Shown here piece after piece: positions 17,427 to 28,737 of a stretch of DNA of 64,000 nt. Positions within the stretch are counted from its first letter, which is position 1. Each line of letters begins with the position of its first letter. The position numbers were made by a program, and so were the translations under genes. The notes beneath the pieces were generated by a model. That model was given only the letters and a program-made list of their open reading frames with translations. It made no database searches and was not told the origin of the DNA. This stretch comes from Polyangiales bacterium (GTDB lineage Bacteria; Myxococcota_A; Polyangia; Polyangiales; JADJQN01), in the NCBI GenBank assembly GCA_964202905.1, contig CAXNJO010000009.1, forward strand, positions 152,968-216,967, read 5' to 3'.

Positions 17427-20131
17427 GACGATTCCGGTGCGGCGGCGCGCTCGAGGATGCGGACGGTGCCGCGGTCGCCATCGACCTCGAGCAGATCACC
17501 CGTCGCGATCGCGCGGGTGCCTGCCTTCACGTTCATCACGCTGGGGACGCCGTATTCGCGGGCGATGATCGCCGCGTGGGACAGCGGCCCGCCGAGATCG
17601 GTGACGACCGCGGCCGCGACGAGGAAGAGCGGCGACCAGCCCACGTCCGCCCAGGGCGCGACGAGGATCTCACCCGCGCAGAGGCTCGTCGCGTCGCCCG
17701 GCGCGCGCAGCACCCGCGCCCGGCCGACCGCGCGTCCCGAACTCACCGCGAGCCCCGAGAGCGCGTCGGTCGTGGGCGCGGACTCGGCCACCGGGGGCGG
17801 AAAGCCGACGAACGTGTCGGGCGGATCGGGCAGCGCGACGTCGCGCAGGTATTGCTGACGCCGCGCACGCACGAGCGGCGCGACGCCCTCGACGCGCCCC
17901 TCGAGCCACGCCCGCAGCTCGTCGACGCCGAGGAAGAAGGCCGCGTCCTCGCCGCACACCTCCTTCACGTCGATGCGCCGCCCCGCCTCGAGCGCGACGG
18001 CGCGGAACAGGCCGAGCACGTCCGTGACGTGCGCACGCAGCCGCTCGCGCAGCCGCAGGAAGCGCTGCACGAGGCCGAGCAGGTGCCGCACCGCCGAGAG
18101 CGCGAGGACGGGGACCCGACGCGCCAGCTCGGCCTCCGCAGCCTCGCGCGTCGCAAGGCGGCGGCGCTCCAGGTCGAGCAGCCCCGGCGCGCCCGGCGGA
18201 CGCAGGAGGTGCGCGCGGAGCGTCGCGAAGAGCAGCGAGGGGTCTTCGCGCCAGCGCGGCTCGGAGAGCTCGGCCTCGCGCGCGCCACGCGCGCCGTGCG
18301 CCTCGAGAAAGCGCTCGAGCGCGCGCCGCGTCGGGCCCGGCGGGAGTGACGCGACGCGCAGCCGCTGCGGGTCGTCGCCGACGAGCACGGCGCGCGCCTC
18401 GGGCTCGGCCCGGGCCATCTCCGCGATGTGCCAGAGCGCGATGCCTGGCGCCGCGCTCTCGACGTCCGCCAGCCCGGTCGTGAGATCCCGCTGCAGGGCC
18501 TCGGCGCGGTCGCCCGCGGCGAGCTCGAGCGCCTTGCCGAGCAGGACGGCAGCGCCGAGGAGGTTGCCGTAGCAGGTGAGCATGATCGCACCGGTGTCGT
18601 CGAGGAGACGCTCGACGTCGCGCAGGGCGTGCGCGAGGGCGGCGGGCGCGAGGATGCGCAGGTCCACGCCGCCGACCCGCGCGCGCTCGGTCGCGAAGGC
18701 GGCCTCGAACTCGGCGACGCGCGCGGTGATCGCCATGTTTTCGCGGACGAAACGCGCCGTGGTGAAGGGCAGGCGCGCGAGAAAGGCCGAGTGACCGCGC
18801 GCCTCGACCTGCGCCTCGAGCCGCTCGACCTCGCCGCCACCGCCGAGCGCGAGCAGCGTGCGGGGCCGCAGCCCCGGCACCTGCGTGAGGATCGCCATGA
18901 ACTCCGAGAGATTCAGGTAGATGCGCCCGCGGAAGTCACCGACCAGTTCGGCGTCGCGCGGCACCGAGCAGCCGAGCGCGCCGAACGCGCGGCGGAAGCC
19001 GAGCTCCGAGAACTTGCTGAGGACCGACCACGTGAGCGGCGTCGCGACGCCGGGCAGCGCCTCACCCACGTTGACGTTCGACCACACGAAGCGCGCGCGC
19101 TCTGCGGCGCGCTCGCGCGAACGACGCGGGCGACGCGGGGCCAAGCGCGCCGCGACGGTGGTCACGGGGCGCGCCTGCAACACGTAGAGCGTCCCCCCGG
19201 CGAAGGCCCACTCGACGTCGCGCGGGTCGCCGAAATGGGCCTCGATGCGCCGCCCGAGCGCGACGAGCTCCTCGAGCTGGCGCGGGTCGAGCGCCGCGCG
19301 CTGCACGAGCTCGTCGGGCACCGGCTCCTCGCGCACGCCCGCCCCCGTCGCGACCGCGCGGACGCGCTTGTCGCCGGGGACGTGATCGCGCGCGAGCCCG
19401 CTCTGCTTGTCGATGCGCCAGGTGTCCGGCGACACGCGGCCGTCGACGACGAGCGAGCCGAGCCCCCACGACGCATCGACCACCATCTCGCCCGCGTCAC
19501 CGGTGAGCGGATTCACCGTGAAGAGCACGCCCGCGACGTCCGCCGGCACCATCGCCTGCACCACCACGCCGACGCGCGCCTCGACCCCCCCCGACACGCC
19601 CGCGCCCTGCGCGGCTGCGCGCCGCTCGACCGCCCGCAGGTACACGAGCACGCGCGGCGCATACACGCTCGCCCAGCATGCGCGCACCGCGTCGAGCAGC
19701 GCGTCTTCGCGCGCGACGTCGAGCACCGTGAGGTGGAGGCCGGCGCCGCTCGCCGCCTCCTCGTCCTCGCGCGTCGACGACGAGCGCACCGCCACGCTCG
19801 CGACGCCGCTGCGGCGCAGGTCGCGGAACGCGTCGCGCAACGCCGCCTCGAGCGGCGGATCGAGGGGGTGCGCACGCACGCGCGCGGCGATCGACGCGAG
19901 CCGCTCCGCGCCCACCTCGTCCTCGGGCGCGGCGAGGAGCGACGCGATGCGGTCCGCAGCGGGCAGCGCGGCTGCGGCGTGCGCCTCGGACGCATCGGCC
20001 GCGAGCGCGTACGCGGCTGGCACCGGGAAGCCCGCCCGCGCGAGCGCAGCCAGCGCGCGCGCCTTGCCGCCGAAGCCCTCCGAGCGCCGCGGGACGATCG
20101 ACTCGATGCGCCTGAGGTGCCGACTCGCCAT
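17423..20131 (-). CDS. PEP-synthase-like phosphotransferase with Rph/PigC domain order (ATP-grasp, central domain, C-terminal phosphohistidine domain)
   Basis: GGKA..GFPVP; AVRSS..ED; VVVQAMV..AGVLFT.NP; DVEWA..LQARP; WSNVNVGEALP; PRWREDP; GGPLSHAAIIAREYGVP. Confidence 0.9.
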   Translation of the reverse strand: MASRHLRRIESIVPRRSEGFGGKARALAALARAGFPVPAAYALAADASEAHAAAALPAADRIASLLAAPEDEVGAERLASIAARVRAHPLDPPLEAALRDAFRDLRRSGVASVAVRSSSTREDEEAASGAGLHLTVLDVAREDALLDAVRACWASVYAPRVLVYLRAVERRAAAQGAGVSGGVEARVGVVVQAMVPADVAGVLFTVNPLTGDAGEMVVDASWGLGSLVVDGRVSPDTWRIDKQSGLARDHVPGDKRVRAVATGAGVREEPVPDELVQRAALDPRQLEELVALGRRIEAHFGDPRDVEWAFAGGTLYVLQARPVTTVAARLAPRRPRRSRERAAERARFVWSNVNVGEALPGVATPLTWSVLSKFSELGFRRAFGALGCSVPRDAELVGDFRGRIYLNLSEFMAILTQVPGLRPRTLLALGGGGEVERLEAQVEARGHSAFLARLPFTTARFVRENMAITARVAEFEAAFATERARVGGVDLRILAPAALAHALRDVERLLDDTGAIMLTCYGNLLGAAVLLGKALELAAGDRAEALQRDLTTGLADVESAAPGIALWHIAEMARAEPEARAVLVGDDPQRLRVASLPPGPTRRALERFLEAHGARGAREAELSEPRWREDPSLLFATLRAHLLRPPGAPGLLDLERRRLATREAAEAELARRVPVLALSAVRHLLGLVQRFLRLRERLRAHVTDVLGLFRAVALEAGRRIDVKEVCGEDAAFFLGVDELRAWLEGRVEGVAPLVRARRQQYLRDVALPDPPDTFVGFPPPVAESAPTTDALSGLAVSSGRAVGRARVLRAPGDATSLCAGEILVAPWADVGWSPLFLVAAAVVTDLGGPLSHAAIIAREYGVPSVMNVKAGTRAIATGDLLEVDGDRGTVRILERAAAPESS

Positions 20132-20239
20132 GCGGCGCGGGAGTGTACTCCCCGGGCCGCGGGGCGCACTGACCGCGCCCCGCTTCCCGATGCACGCGGA
20201 CGCGCATCGTTCTATGCTCGCCCTCCTCTCGAGGCCCCG

Positions 20240-21413
20240 ATGCGTCCTTCTCTCTTTTCCTTCGTCGTCGCGGTCCTCGTGCTCGCGGGATGTGCCAGCG
20301 GCTCGAGCGGCCGCGTGCCCGGCTCCCCCGACGGAGCCATCCGCCGCGATGCGGGCGGCGACCTCGGCGACCCGGACCTCGGCGGCCTCGACGGCGGCGC
20401 TCCGGACCTCGCGCTCCCCGACCTCGGCGACGCGGACCTCGGCAACACCGATCTCGGAGCCGCCGACCTCGGCAGCGACGATCTCGGTGCCTCCGACCTC
20501 GGTCGCACCGACCTCGGCGCGCCCGACCTCGGGCGCGATCTCGGTCCCCCCGGTTGTACGAGCGCCGCGTCCTGCCAGGACGGCCTCGCCTGCAACGGCG
20601 TCGAGGCGTGCATCGGCGGTGCCTGCCGCCCGGGCACGAGCGTGGTGTGCGACGACGGGATCGCGTGCACGACGAACAGCTGCCTCGAGCCGTCCGGCGC
20701 GTGCGAGTTCGTCCGCAACGACGCGGCCTGCCCGGCGGGCCAGACGTGCACGGCGCCAACGGCCTCCGGTTGCGCGGCGAGCGGGACGTGCAGCGAATCG
20801 CCATGCCGCCTCGTCGCCCCGCAGTGCGGCTGCCCGACGGGTCAGGGTTGCACGCTGTCCGGCTCGACGCGCGTCTGCGCAGCGGCGGGCACGGGCGCGA
20901 CGGGCGCCACCTGCGGCACCGCGGGCCTCGGATGCACCGCGGGCAACGCCTGCATCGGCCTCGGCGTGGGCACGACGGCGGCGGCCTGCGAGCGCTTCTG
21001 TGCGACCGATGCCGACTGCAGCGGCGCCGGCGCCCTCTGCATCCTCCGGCTCAACGACGCGGGCGGCATGCCCATCCCCGGCGTCACCCTCTGCACGCTC
21101 TCCTGCAACCCTGTGTCGGGCGCGTCGTGTCCGTCGGGCAGCGCGTGCCGCGTGTTCGTCGAGTCCATGGGCGCCGGTCGCTACCTGACGCACTGCGAAG
21201 GCCCTGTCGGTGACCGGCACACAAGGCTTCCCGTGCATCGACGACGGCGACTGCACGAGCGGCTACGCCTGCCTCAACGCAGGCTTCGGCAACGAGTGCA
21301 CGCGCTGGTGCAACCTCGCGACCGGCGCCGGGTGCCCGTTCGGAACCCTTTGTCAGGACCCGTTCGCCGATCCAGTGACGATCGGGGGCACGTCGTACGG
21401 CGTCTGCATCTGA
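20240..21413 (+). CDS. Cys-rich lipoprotein with DLG-repeat linker; +1 frameshift at about 21210
   Basis: Lipobox LAGC; many Cys modules ([21 protein letters not shown]); after HCEGPVG the Cys-rich reading continues in the 21210-21413 frame ([19 protein letters not shown]). Confidence 0.8.
20360..20545 (+). repeat. 15-bp coding tandem repeat (DLGxx, about 13 units)
   Basis: ga(c/t)ctcgg repeated at 15-nt spacing. Confidence 0.9.
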
Positions 21414-21489
21414 GCCGGCGCGCGCGCGGGCCCCGTCACGCACGCTTGGCGTAGACGCTGCGCGCCGCGAGGGTGTAGACCTCCGCGCC

Positions 21490-22929
21490 ATGGCGCAGCA
21501 CGACGACGACCACTTCCACGACCAGTGCGGCGTCTTCGGCGTCTTCGGCGACCCGGAAGCGGCCAACCTCACCTACCTCGGCCTGCACTCGCTCCAGCAC
21601 CGCGGGCAGGAAGCCGCCGGCATCGCCTCGACCGACGGCCGCCAGCTCTTCGTGCACAAGGCGAGCGGCCTCGTGCAGGACATCTTCACGAGCAGCGTCA
21701 TCGCGCAGCTCCCGGGCACACGCGCGATCGGCCACGTCCGCTACTCGACGGCGGGCGGCTCGCACCTGAAGAACGCGCAGCCCATCGCGGTCGACTACCG
21801 CGACGGCTCCATCGCGGTCGGCCACAACGGCAACCTCACGAACGCCGACCAACTCCGCGCCGAGCTCGAGGAGGCCGGCTCGATCTTCCAGACCACGAGC
21901 GACACCGAGGTCGTGGTCCACCTCATCGCGCGCTCGCAGAAACCCACGCTCGAGGAGAAGATCGTCGACGCGCTGCGGCGCGTCGAGGGCGCGTACTCGC
22001 TGCTCTTCCTCACGCCGGACAAGCTCGTCGCCGTGCGCGATCCGTGGGGATTCCGCCCGCTGTGCCTCGGCACGTGCAAGGGCGGCTACGTGTTCTCGTC
22101 GGAGCCGCCGGCCTTCGACCTCATCGCCGCCGAGTACGTGCGCGACGTCGAGCCGGGCGAGATGATCGTCGTCGACGCAGCCGGTCTCCGCACGCTGAAG
22201 CCCTTCGACGCGCGCCCGTCGCGCATGTGCATCTTCGAGCACGTCTACTTCGCGCGCCCCGACTCCCGGCTCGGCGGCGTCGTGGTGTACGAGGCGCGCA
22301 AGCGGCTCGGGCGCGTGCTCGCCGACGAGCAAGGCGTCGCGGCGGACGTCGTCATGCCCGTGCCCGACAGCGGCGTCGCGGCGGCGCTCGGCTATGCCGA
22401 TCGCTCGGGCATCCCTTTCGAGCTCGGGCTGATCCGCAGCCACTACGTCGGCCGCACCTTCATCGAGCCGAGCGCGTCCATCCGGCACTTCGGCGTGCGC
22501 CTGAAGCTCTCGCCGGTACGCGCCGCCATCGCGGGCAAGCGCGTCGTCGTCGTCGACGACTCGATCGTGCGCGGCACCACGAGCCGCAAGATCGTGCGGA
22601 TGCTCCGCGACGCCGGAGCGCGCGAGGTGCACATGCGCGTCTCGTCGCCGCCGACGCGCTGGCCCTGCTTCTACGGCATCGACACGCCGTCGCGCTCGGA
22701 GTTGATCGCCTCGAGCCACACGCCCGAGGAGATCGCGAAGTACATCACGAGCGACAGCGTCGGCTATCTCAGCATCGAGGGCCTGCACCGCGCGGTGCGC
22801 GGCGAGGGGACGCCGACGACGTCGGGCTTCTGCGACGCCTGCTTCACGGGTGAGTACCCCGTCGCGTTCAACGGCCAGGACGAGCGCACGCCTCCGTCCG
22901 CGCGCCATCTCCCGATCGTCGGGTTCTGA
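21490..22929 (+). CDS. purF: Amidophosphoribosyltransferase
   Basis: Propeptide then [35 protein letters not shown]; Fe-S Cys in CFYGID and CDAC. Confidence 0.97.
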   Translation: MAQHDDDHFHDQCGVFGVFGDPEAANLTYLGLHSLQHRGQEAAGIASTDGRQLFVHKASGLVQDIFTSSVIAQLPGTRAIGHVRYSTAGGSHLKNAQPIAVDYRDGSIAVGHNGNLTNADQLRAELEEAGSIFQTTSDTEVVVHLIARSQKPTLEEKIVDALRRVEGAYSLLFLTPDKLVAVRDPWGFRPLCLGTCKGGYVFSSEPPAFDLIAAEYVRDVEPGEMIVVDAAGLRTLKPFDARPSRMCIFEHVYFARPDSRLGGVVVYEARKRLGRVLADEQGVAADVVMPVPDSGVAAALGYADRSGIPFELGLIRSHYVGRTFIEPSASIRHFGVRLKLSPVRAAIAGKRVVVVDDSIVRGTTSRKIVRMLRDAGAREVHMRVSSPPTRWPCFYGIDTPSRSELIASSHTPEEIAKYITSDSVGYLSIEGLHRAVRGEGTPTTSGFCDACFTGEYPVAFNGQDERTPPSARHLPIVGF

Positions 22930-23085
22930 CGACGCGCCGCCTGGGATGCGCTCGACGCGCAGGCACCCGGGCGCCGCCGACCGCTCCTGCGGGGCGGCGC
23001 CGGACGCGGACCGTGCCGGACTTGCGACGCGGCGCGCGGAGCTTACGCCCGCGCGATGACCGTGGCTGCTACCCTCGCAGCGCCC

Positions 23086-24228
23086 ATGCGCGCCATCGCT
23101 GCCACCGTCCTCGTCCTCTGCGGTCTCCTCGCCGCGCTGCTGGCCCCGCGCGAGGCCGCTGCCCAGCCCGCACCGCTAGGCGGCGTCCGCGCTCCGGGTG
23201 CGCGCGCCCCGGCACGCCCGGCCGCCGTGCCCGCGTCACCCGCCACCGCCGCACCGCGGGCCGCCCCCGTAGCACCGCCGCCGGCGGGCACAGACGCCGC
23301 CGACGCCGGGGACGACGCAACCGCCCCGGCCCTCGCGACACCGCCCCCGGCCTCGTCCGCGGGGCCCGCGGCGACACCGACCACGCCGCCCGCCCGTGCA
23401 CCGGGCACGGCCCAAGGCGCCGACGAGCCGCGCGAAGCCCCCGACGCGCGTGACCAACACGGCGCGCGCAGCGCACACGACGAGCGCGAGGAGCGCGAGC
23501 GCTGGCGCATCCCCTCCGATCTGGTCAATCCGTTCGTCGATCGGCCCGGCCTCGCGACGCCACGCCCGGCGCACGGGTCCGCCGACGCTGAATCGTGGTT
23601 CATCGCGGACTCGGACCTCGTCGATCCATGGGGCGCTGGGGCCTTCGGGCCGTTCTACGGTGTCCGCTGCCAGGGGCGGTGGTGCCGCCCCGATCCCGCG
23701 CGGCGCGTCTTCCTCGCGCCCGCACGCGAGCGCCCGTTCGGTCCCTTGCGCCACCCGCGCCGCCGCACCGCGCTGCCGGGCGTCGACCTCTCCGCGCTCG
23801 TGTCCGCGACGAGCGTCGGCGACACCGCGCGCGCGCGCCTCGAGGCGCAGGCGACCGTGCACACCGGCGCATTCGGGCTCGGCCTCACGCTCTCGACGAG
23901 CACGGGCCCCACGCGCGTCGCAGGCGTCTCGCTCACCCACACGCGCCACGCCCTCGCCGTGCTCGCGCAGCACCGCGTGTCGGACGGCACCGTGTCGCTC
24001 GATCTCGGCGTCGCGGCCGGCATCGTGCTCACCGACCTCAAGGAGGCCGGCCTCGCGCCCCTGGCGCGCGTCCTCGCGACCGTCGGCGTGCCGCTCGGGC
24101 GCAACATCGAGGTGCTCTTCCGCGCGGATGCGCTCACGACGTTCGTGAGGCCGGTGGGCGCCGGCGACGATGGGCCGGGCGCCTTCGAGTTCGGCATGGG
24201 CGTCGGCCTCCGCGTCGCGACCCGCTGA
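23086..24228 (+). CDS. Secreted hypothetical protein: Pro/Ala-rich linker and probable C-terminal beta-barrel
   Basis: Signal peptide; amphipathic beta-strands ending FEFGMGVGLRV. Confidence 0.65.
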   Translation: MRAIAATVLVLCGLLAALLAPREAAAQPAPLGGVRAPGARAPARPAAVPASPATAAPRAAPVAPPPAGTDAADAGDDATAPALATPPPASSAGPAATPTTPPARAPGTAQGADEPREAPDARDQHGARSAHDEREERERWRIPSDLVNPFVDRPGLATPRPAHGSADAESWFIADSDLVDPWGAGAFGPFYGVRCQGRWCRPDPARRVFLAPARERPFGPLRHPRRRTALPGVDLSALVSATSVGDTARARLEAQATVHTGAFGLGLTLSTSTGPTRVAGVSLTHTRHALAVLAQHRVSDGTVSLDLGVAAGIVLTDLKEAGLAPLARVLATVGVPLGRNIEVLFRADALTTFVRPVGAGDDGPGAFEFGMGVGLRVATR

Positions 24229-24279
24229 ACGCCGCGCGCGTCGCGCCCATCGCCCGATCGTTCCGCGCTACACCTCGGC

Positions 24280-25221
24280 ATGTCCGCGACGCCCATGCCG
24301 CCCGAGCCCCAGTCCCCGGACGCCGAGCGCGGGAGCGGGCAGGTCGCCCTCCGCTACGAAGACGTCGCGCAGGACGGCCGCGTGATGCTCGGCGCGATGC
24401 CGCAGGCCCTCGGCGAGTCCGTGTGGCGCGCGCTGCTCCGGCACCACCCCGCGGACGCCGCGATGCGCGCGCAAGGTGTGCTGCCGATCCTCTCGCGGCT
24501 CGTGGTCGTCGGCGGCGACGGGCCGTGCTCGGTCGATCGGCTGCTCGAGGCGCATGGCACCTACGAGCCCGCCTGCGCGCTCGGTCCGGACGGCGACGTC
24601 GAGCGCCTCTACCTCAACATGTGGGCGCGCCTCGAGGGGCCACGCGCGCGCACCTTCGACCCCCAACCCGAGCGCGCGGGCGAGTCGCACCTCGTCGGCC
24701 GCGTCTTCGGCGAGCACGTGTTCACCCGCCCCTTCGCGCCGCCGGACGCGCGGCGCGTCACGTCCCTCGCCCTCCCCGGCCTGCCGCCGCGCCCCCCGCG
24801 GGTGTACGCGCCGCGCACGCTCGACGCGGTGCTGGCCGCGCCCGCGGACGCCGTGCCGCTCGAGCCCGCCTCGACGGCCCCGGACGCGTTCGCCGACGAC
24901 CTCACGATCGCCTTCGCGCTCAGCCACACGGACTCGAACCAGCACGTCAACTCGCTCGCGTATCCGCGCCTCTTCGAGGACGCGGCGACCCGCCGCCTCG
25001 CGCGTCTCGGGGTCGTGCGCCCCGTCCTCGCGCGCGCGGTGGAGTTGCTCTACCGCAAGCCGTTCTTCGCGGGCGAGCGGGCGCGCATCGTGCTGCGCGT
25101 GTTCCGGGAGGGGCCCCGGCACCTCGCGGTCGGCGCGTTCTACGCGGCCGACGCCGTCACGCCGGACGGGCTCGCCCCCGGCGCGCGTCCGCACTGCGCC
25201 GTGCGCATGCTGCTTCGGTGA
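24280..25221 (+). CDS. Acyl-ACP thioesterase-like double-hotdog protein
   Basis: LRYEDVAQDG in the first fold; HTDSNQHVNSLAY in the second. Confidence 0.75.
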   Translation: MSATPMPPEPQSPDAERGSGQVALRYEDVAQDGRVMLGAMPQALGESVWRALLRHHPADAAMRAQGVLPILSRLVVVGGDGPCSVDRLLEAHGTYEPACALGPDGDVERLYLNMWARLEGPRARTFDPQPERAGESHLVGRVFGEHVFTRPFAPPDARRVTSLALPGLPPRPPRVYAPRTLDAVLAAPADAVPLEPASTAPDAFADDLTIAFALSHTDSNQHVNSLAYPRLFEDAATRRLARLGVVRPVLARAVELLYRKPFFAGERARIVLRVFREGPRHLAVGAFYAADAVTPDGLAPGARPHCAVRMLLR

Positions 25222-25247
25222 AGCCGACGCCGCGTTATGCTCGCGGG

Positions 25248-26577
25248 GTGCGCAGAGCCTTCGCTCTCCCCGTCCTGCTGTGCCCTGCTCGGCGCGGCGC
25301 CGCCCGCCTTCCGGGGCTGCGACGGCAGCTCGCCCCCGGAGGTCGCGCTTCCGCCGACCCCGCCCGACGCAGGCGTCTGCGCGTTCGACACCGACTGCCC
25401 CTCGCCCGGCGCGTGCGCGGACGTGCGCTGCCTCGCGGGCGCGTGCGTCGTCGTCGCGGGCACCGTCGACCGCGATCGCGACGGGGAGCCCGCCGCGCCC
25501 TGCGGCGCCGATTGCGACGACGGCGACCCCACGACCTACCCCGGCGCCCCCGAGGCCTGCAACGGCCGCGACGACGACTGCGACGGCCGCGTCGACGACG
25601 ACGCGCCGCCCGCGCTGTCGACGCGCTCGCTCGCCGGACTCGAGCCGGCCTCGACGCTCGTGACGGTCGGCGACGCGCTGCTGCTCGCGAGCGGCGCGGG
25701 CGCCCGCCCCCTCGATCGCTTCGGTCGCGTGGGCGCCCCGCTCGACGTCTTCGGCGCGCGGACGATCACGCACCTCGAGGCCGCGACGGCGCCGGACGGT
25801 CGGGCGGTCCTCGCCGCGGCGACGACGCTCCCGCGCCCTGCGCTGCTCGTCGCGACGCTCTCTCCGGACACGCCCCCGGCGATCGCAGAACCCCTCGAGA
25901 TTCCCGGGGGATCGACCATCCGCGCGCTCGCCGTGACCGCGCATCGCGGCGGCTTCGCGGTCGCCTGGGTCGAGACCGACGACCTCGGCGCGAGCCAGCT
26001 CCGCGTGCTCCCGGGCCTCTCCGCTACAGCGACGGCACTCACCATCGACGTCGCCGTGGCCGCGCTCGCGAGCGACGGCGACGCCCTCGCCTTCCCCGAG
26101 CCGGGGGGCATCGGTTTCCTCGACGCCGCAGGCGCACGGACGGCGATCGCCCTCCCCGGCACGGAGACCACCGGCCATGGACTCGCGGGCGGGGGAGGCT
26201 ACGTCGTCGCCCTCACGGGCACGACGACGCTGGGTTACGCGCTGCGGCGCGTCACCCGCGCGGGCGGCGCGGAGACCGCCGCAAGCCTCTTCGGCCCGCC
26301 CGAGGTCGGCGACGGCCCCGCCCTCACGCGGCTCGCGCGCGTCGGCGAGCGCTACCTCGGCGTCGAAGCCAGTCCGCGGGGCTTGCTCCTCGCCCGCATC
26401 GACGCGACGTCCTCGCCGCCGGAGGTGCGCGAGGACGCGCTGCCTCCGCGCCCGATCCCGGCCCGAAATGCGGTCGCGCGGGTCCCCGGCGTCACGCTCG
26501 TGCTCCATGTGCCGGACGAGGGCACCGGCCCGCGTGCGGGCGAGTTGATCCTGATCACGGACTGCGTGGCCCCCTGA
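25248..26577 (+). CDS. Probable lipoprotein with a MopE-like Cys/Asp metal-binding motif; frameshift inside the signal peptide
   Basis: GTG 25248 reads MRRAFALPVLL, then shifts into ALLGAA..GC; DRDRDG..DCDDGDPTTYPGAPEACNGRDDDCDG. Confidence 0.7.
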
Positions 26578-26639
26578 AGACCGCGCGTACGCCTCGGGTG
26601 CGCGCTCGCCACGACACCGCACCGCACTCGCACTCCCCG

Positions 26640-26678
26640 AAACGCACGAAGGGCCCCGCGCCGCGCGCAAAGCCCTTC
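26640..26678 (-). terminator. Intrinsic terminator-like hairpin downstream of the 26756-27523 gene
   Basis: Minus strand GAAGGGCTTTGCG-cgcgg-CGCGGGGCCCTTC (13 bp, G-U pairs form only on this strand) followed by GTGCGTTT. Confidence 0.6.
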
Positions 26679-26755
26679 ATCATCATCCCGATGTCCGCCG
26701 CCTCCGTACCCCGACCGCCTCGCGAGAGCGCCGAGATACGCCCCGGGGGACGCGC

Positions 26756-27523
26756 TCAGAAAGTGGCGGTGAGCAGCGAGACGCGGACCTCGGTGCGCTG
26801 GTCGCGGATCCCGAGACGGAGCTGCTCCTCGGCCGAGTAGGTCGGCAGCGTCGCGATCGCGGGGACGCCGAGCGCGACGCCGTTCGCGTTGACCCGGACG
26901 AAGCCGTGATCGCGCGGGTCCCGCATCGCCACTGCCGGCCCGCGACGCATGCGTCGCGTTTGGGGCGCAGGCGCCGCCGGGGGGGCCGCGGCGGGCTCAG
27001 CCGCGGGCGCGGGCGCCGCCTCTCCGCCAGGTCCCGCGGGGGCCGCGCCAGACGGGCTGTTCCCACCGCCGACCTCATAGTCTTCGGCTTGCACGGGACC
27101 AACCTCCGCACCGACCTCGTCCTCCTGCTCGACCGCGGCCTCGTCATCCGGGTCGTAGGCGGTCGCCGAGAGCGTGATCACCATCGTGGGGACGATGAGC
27201 GCGAGGCCGATGGCGAGCGTCGCCACGTTCAGCTCGGCGCTCTTGCCCGCGCCCTCGAGGAGGAAGTAACCGGCGGTCGCGCCGCCCGCCGCGCCCACCG
27301 CCGGGAAGACGATGTACGCCCAGGTCTCGTCCATCCCGGCAAGCGCCGGGATTGCGAACCCGAGCTCCGCGCCGAAGAGGCCGAGGCCAACGACGCCCTT
27401 GTAACCGGTGGCGATCTCCACAGGCGCCGGGACGGCCTGGGCGCTCACCTTTTCGGGGAGGGCGCCGGGGATCGCGATGAACAGCGCGGCCGCGAAGGCC
27501 ACGGACCAGTTGAAGCTACGCAC
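26756..27523 (-). CDS. Hypothetical membrane protein (signal peptide plus about 3 TM helices, acidic linker)
   Basis: GGGAGGGA SD before GTG (MRSFNWSVAF..); hydrophobic segments. Confidence 0.7.
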   Translation of the reverse strand: MRSFNWSVAFAAALFIAIPGALPEKVSAQAVPAPVEIATGYKGVVGLGLFGAELGFAIPALAGMDETWAYIVFPAVGAAGGATAGYFLLEGAGKSAELNVATLAIGLALIVPTMVITLSATAYDPDDEAAVEQEDEVGAEVGPVQAEDYEVGGGNSPSGAAPAGPGGEAAPAPAAEPAAAPPAAPAPQTRRMRRGPAVAMRDPRDHGFVRVNANGVALGVPAIATLPTYSAEEQLRLGIRDQRTEVRVSLLTATF

Positions 27524-27806
27524 GGAGCGCTCCCTCCCATCGACGAGGGGCCTCCCTGAGAGGCCCGTCCGGTGTGGACGGCGCAAGGTACACGGAGCGC
27601 CCCGCCACGGCAACCGCCGGACGCCCCGTCGCCTGCGCTCTTGCCTCCGAACGCAGCCCGCGTCACCGCGCGGCCCTCACTGAATCGCCATTCATTCGGG
27701 CTTGACGCCCGCCCCCCGCGCTCGCTACATGCCCGGCGGCCGACGCGAGGCGCCCCTGCGGCTCTCCCAGTCGGATCTTTCGTCCGTCCACCCCGGAGGC
27801 CGCGCG

Positions 27807-28730
27807 ATGTCCCTCGAAGACAAGGTCGTCATCACCTGCGCGCTGAGCGGCGTGCTCGCGAACCGCAAGCAGTGTCCCGGCATCCCGTACACGCCCGTGG
27901 AAATCGCGGAGGAGGCGCGGCGCGCCTGGGATGCCGGCGCCTCCGTCGTGCACATCCACGCGCGCAACGACGATGGCTCGCCCACCTTCTCGCCCGCCGT
28001 CTTCGCCGCCATCAAGGCCGAAATTCGCCAGCGCTGCCCGGTCATCCTGAACTTCTCGACCGGCACGATGATCGACGACGTCAGCGAACAGAGCACCTAC
28101 GTCCGCGAGTCGCGCCCCGAGATCGCGGCGCTGAACATGGGCTCGATGAACTACTCCAAGTACTCGGAGAAGCGGAAGGAGTTCGTCTTCGACCTCATCT
28201 TCCCCAACCCGTACGCGAAGATCATCAAGCTCCTCGAGGCGATGAACGCCGCGGGCGTGAAGCCGGAGCTCGAGTGCTTCGACACGGGCTTCACCGCGGG
28301 CACCGCGCCGCTCATCGACATGGGCGTGCTCAAGCCGCCCTTCCAGTTCTCGTTCATCGTCGGTGTGCTCGGCGGCATCCCGCCGCACGTCGAGTCGCTG
28401 CAACTCCAGACGAAGCTGATGCCGGCGGGCGCGCAGTGGGAGGTCATCGGCATCTCGCACTCCCACTGGCGGATGATCGCGGCCGCGCTCGTGCTCGGCG
28501 GGAACATCCGCACGGGCCTCGAAGATCACCTCTACCTGCCCAACAAGCAGATGGCGCGCAACAACGGCGAGATGACGGGGGTGGCCGCGCGCCTCACCCG
28601 CGACGTCGGGCGCGAGCCCGCGACGGTCGAGGAGGCCCGCGTGATCCTCGGGCTGGATCAGTTCGGCGCAGGCCGCGACGCCGCGACGGAGGCCGCGCGC
28701 CTGCACCCGGCACCGCAGGCCGAGGCCTGA
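27807..28730 (+). CDS. Beta-keto acid cleavage enzyme (BKACE/DUF849, 3-keto-5-aminohexanoate cleavage family)
   Basis: GGAGG SD; ITCALSG; P.TPVEIAEEA; GASVVHIHAR; KPELECFD; GGNIRTGLED. Confidence 0.92.
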   Translation: MSLEDKVVITCALSGVLANRKQCPGIPYTPVEIAEEARRAWDAGASVVHIHARNDDGSPTFSPAVFAAIKAEIRQRCPVILNFSTGTMIDDVSEQSTYVRESRPEIAALNMGSMNYSKYSEKRKEFVFDLIFPNPYAKIIKLLEAMNAAGVKPELECFDTGFTAGTAPLIDMGVLKPPFQFSFIVGVLGGIPPHVESLQLQTKLMPAGAQWEVIGISHSHWRMIAAALVLGGNIRTGLEDHLYLPNKQMARNNGEMTGVAARLTRDVGREPATVEEARVILGLDQFGAGRDAATEAARLHPAPQAEA

Positions 28731-28737
28731 GTCCGCG

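Noticed and set aside
17423..20131. Calling this gene ppsA or rph
   Set aside because: Domain order excludes PpsA, and rifamycin specificity cannot be established from motifs alone
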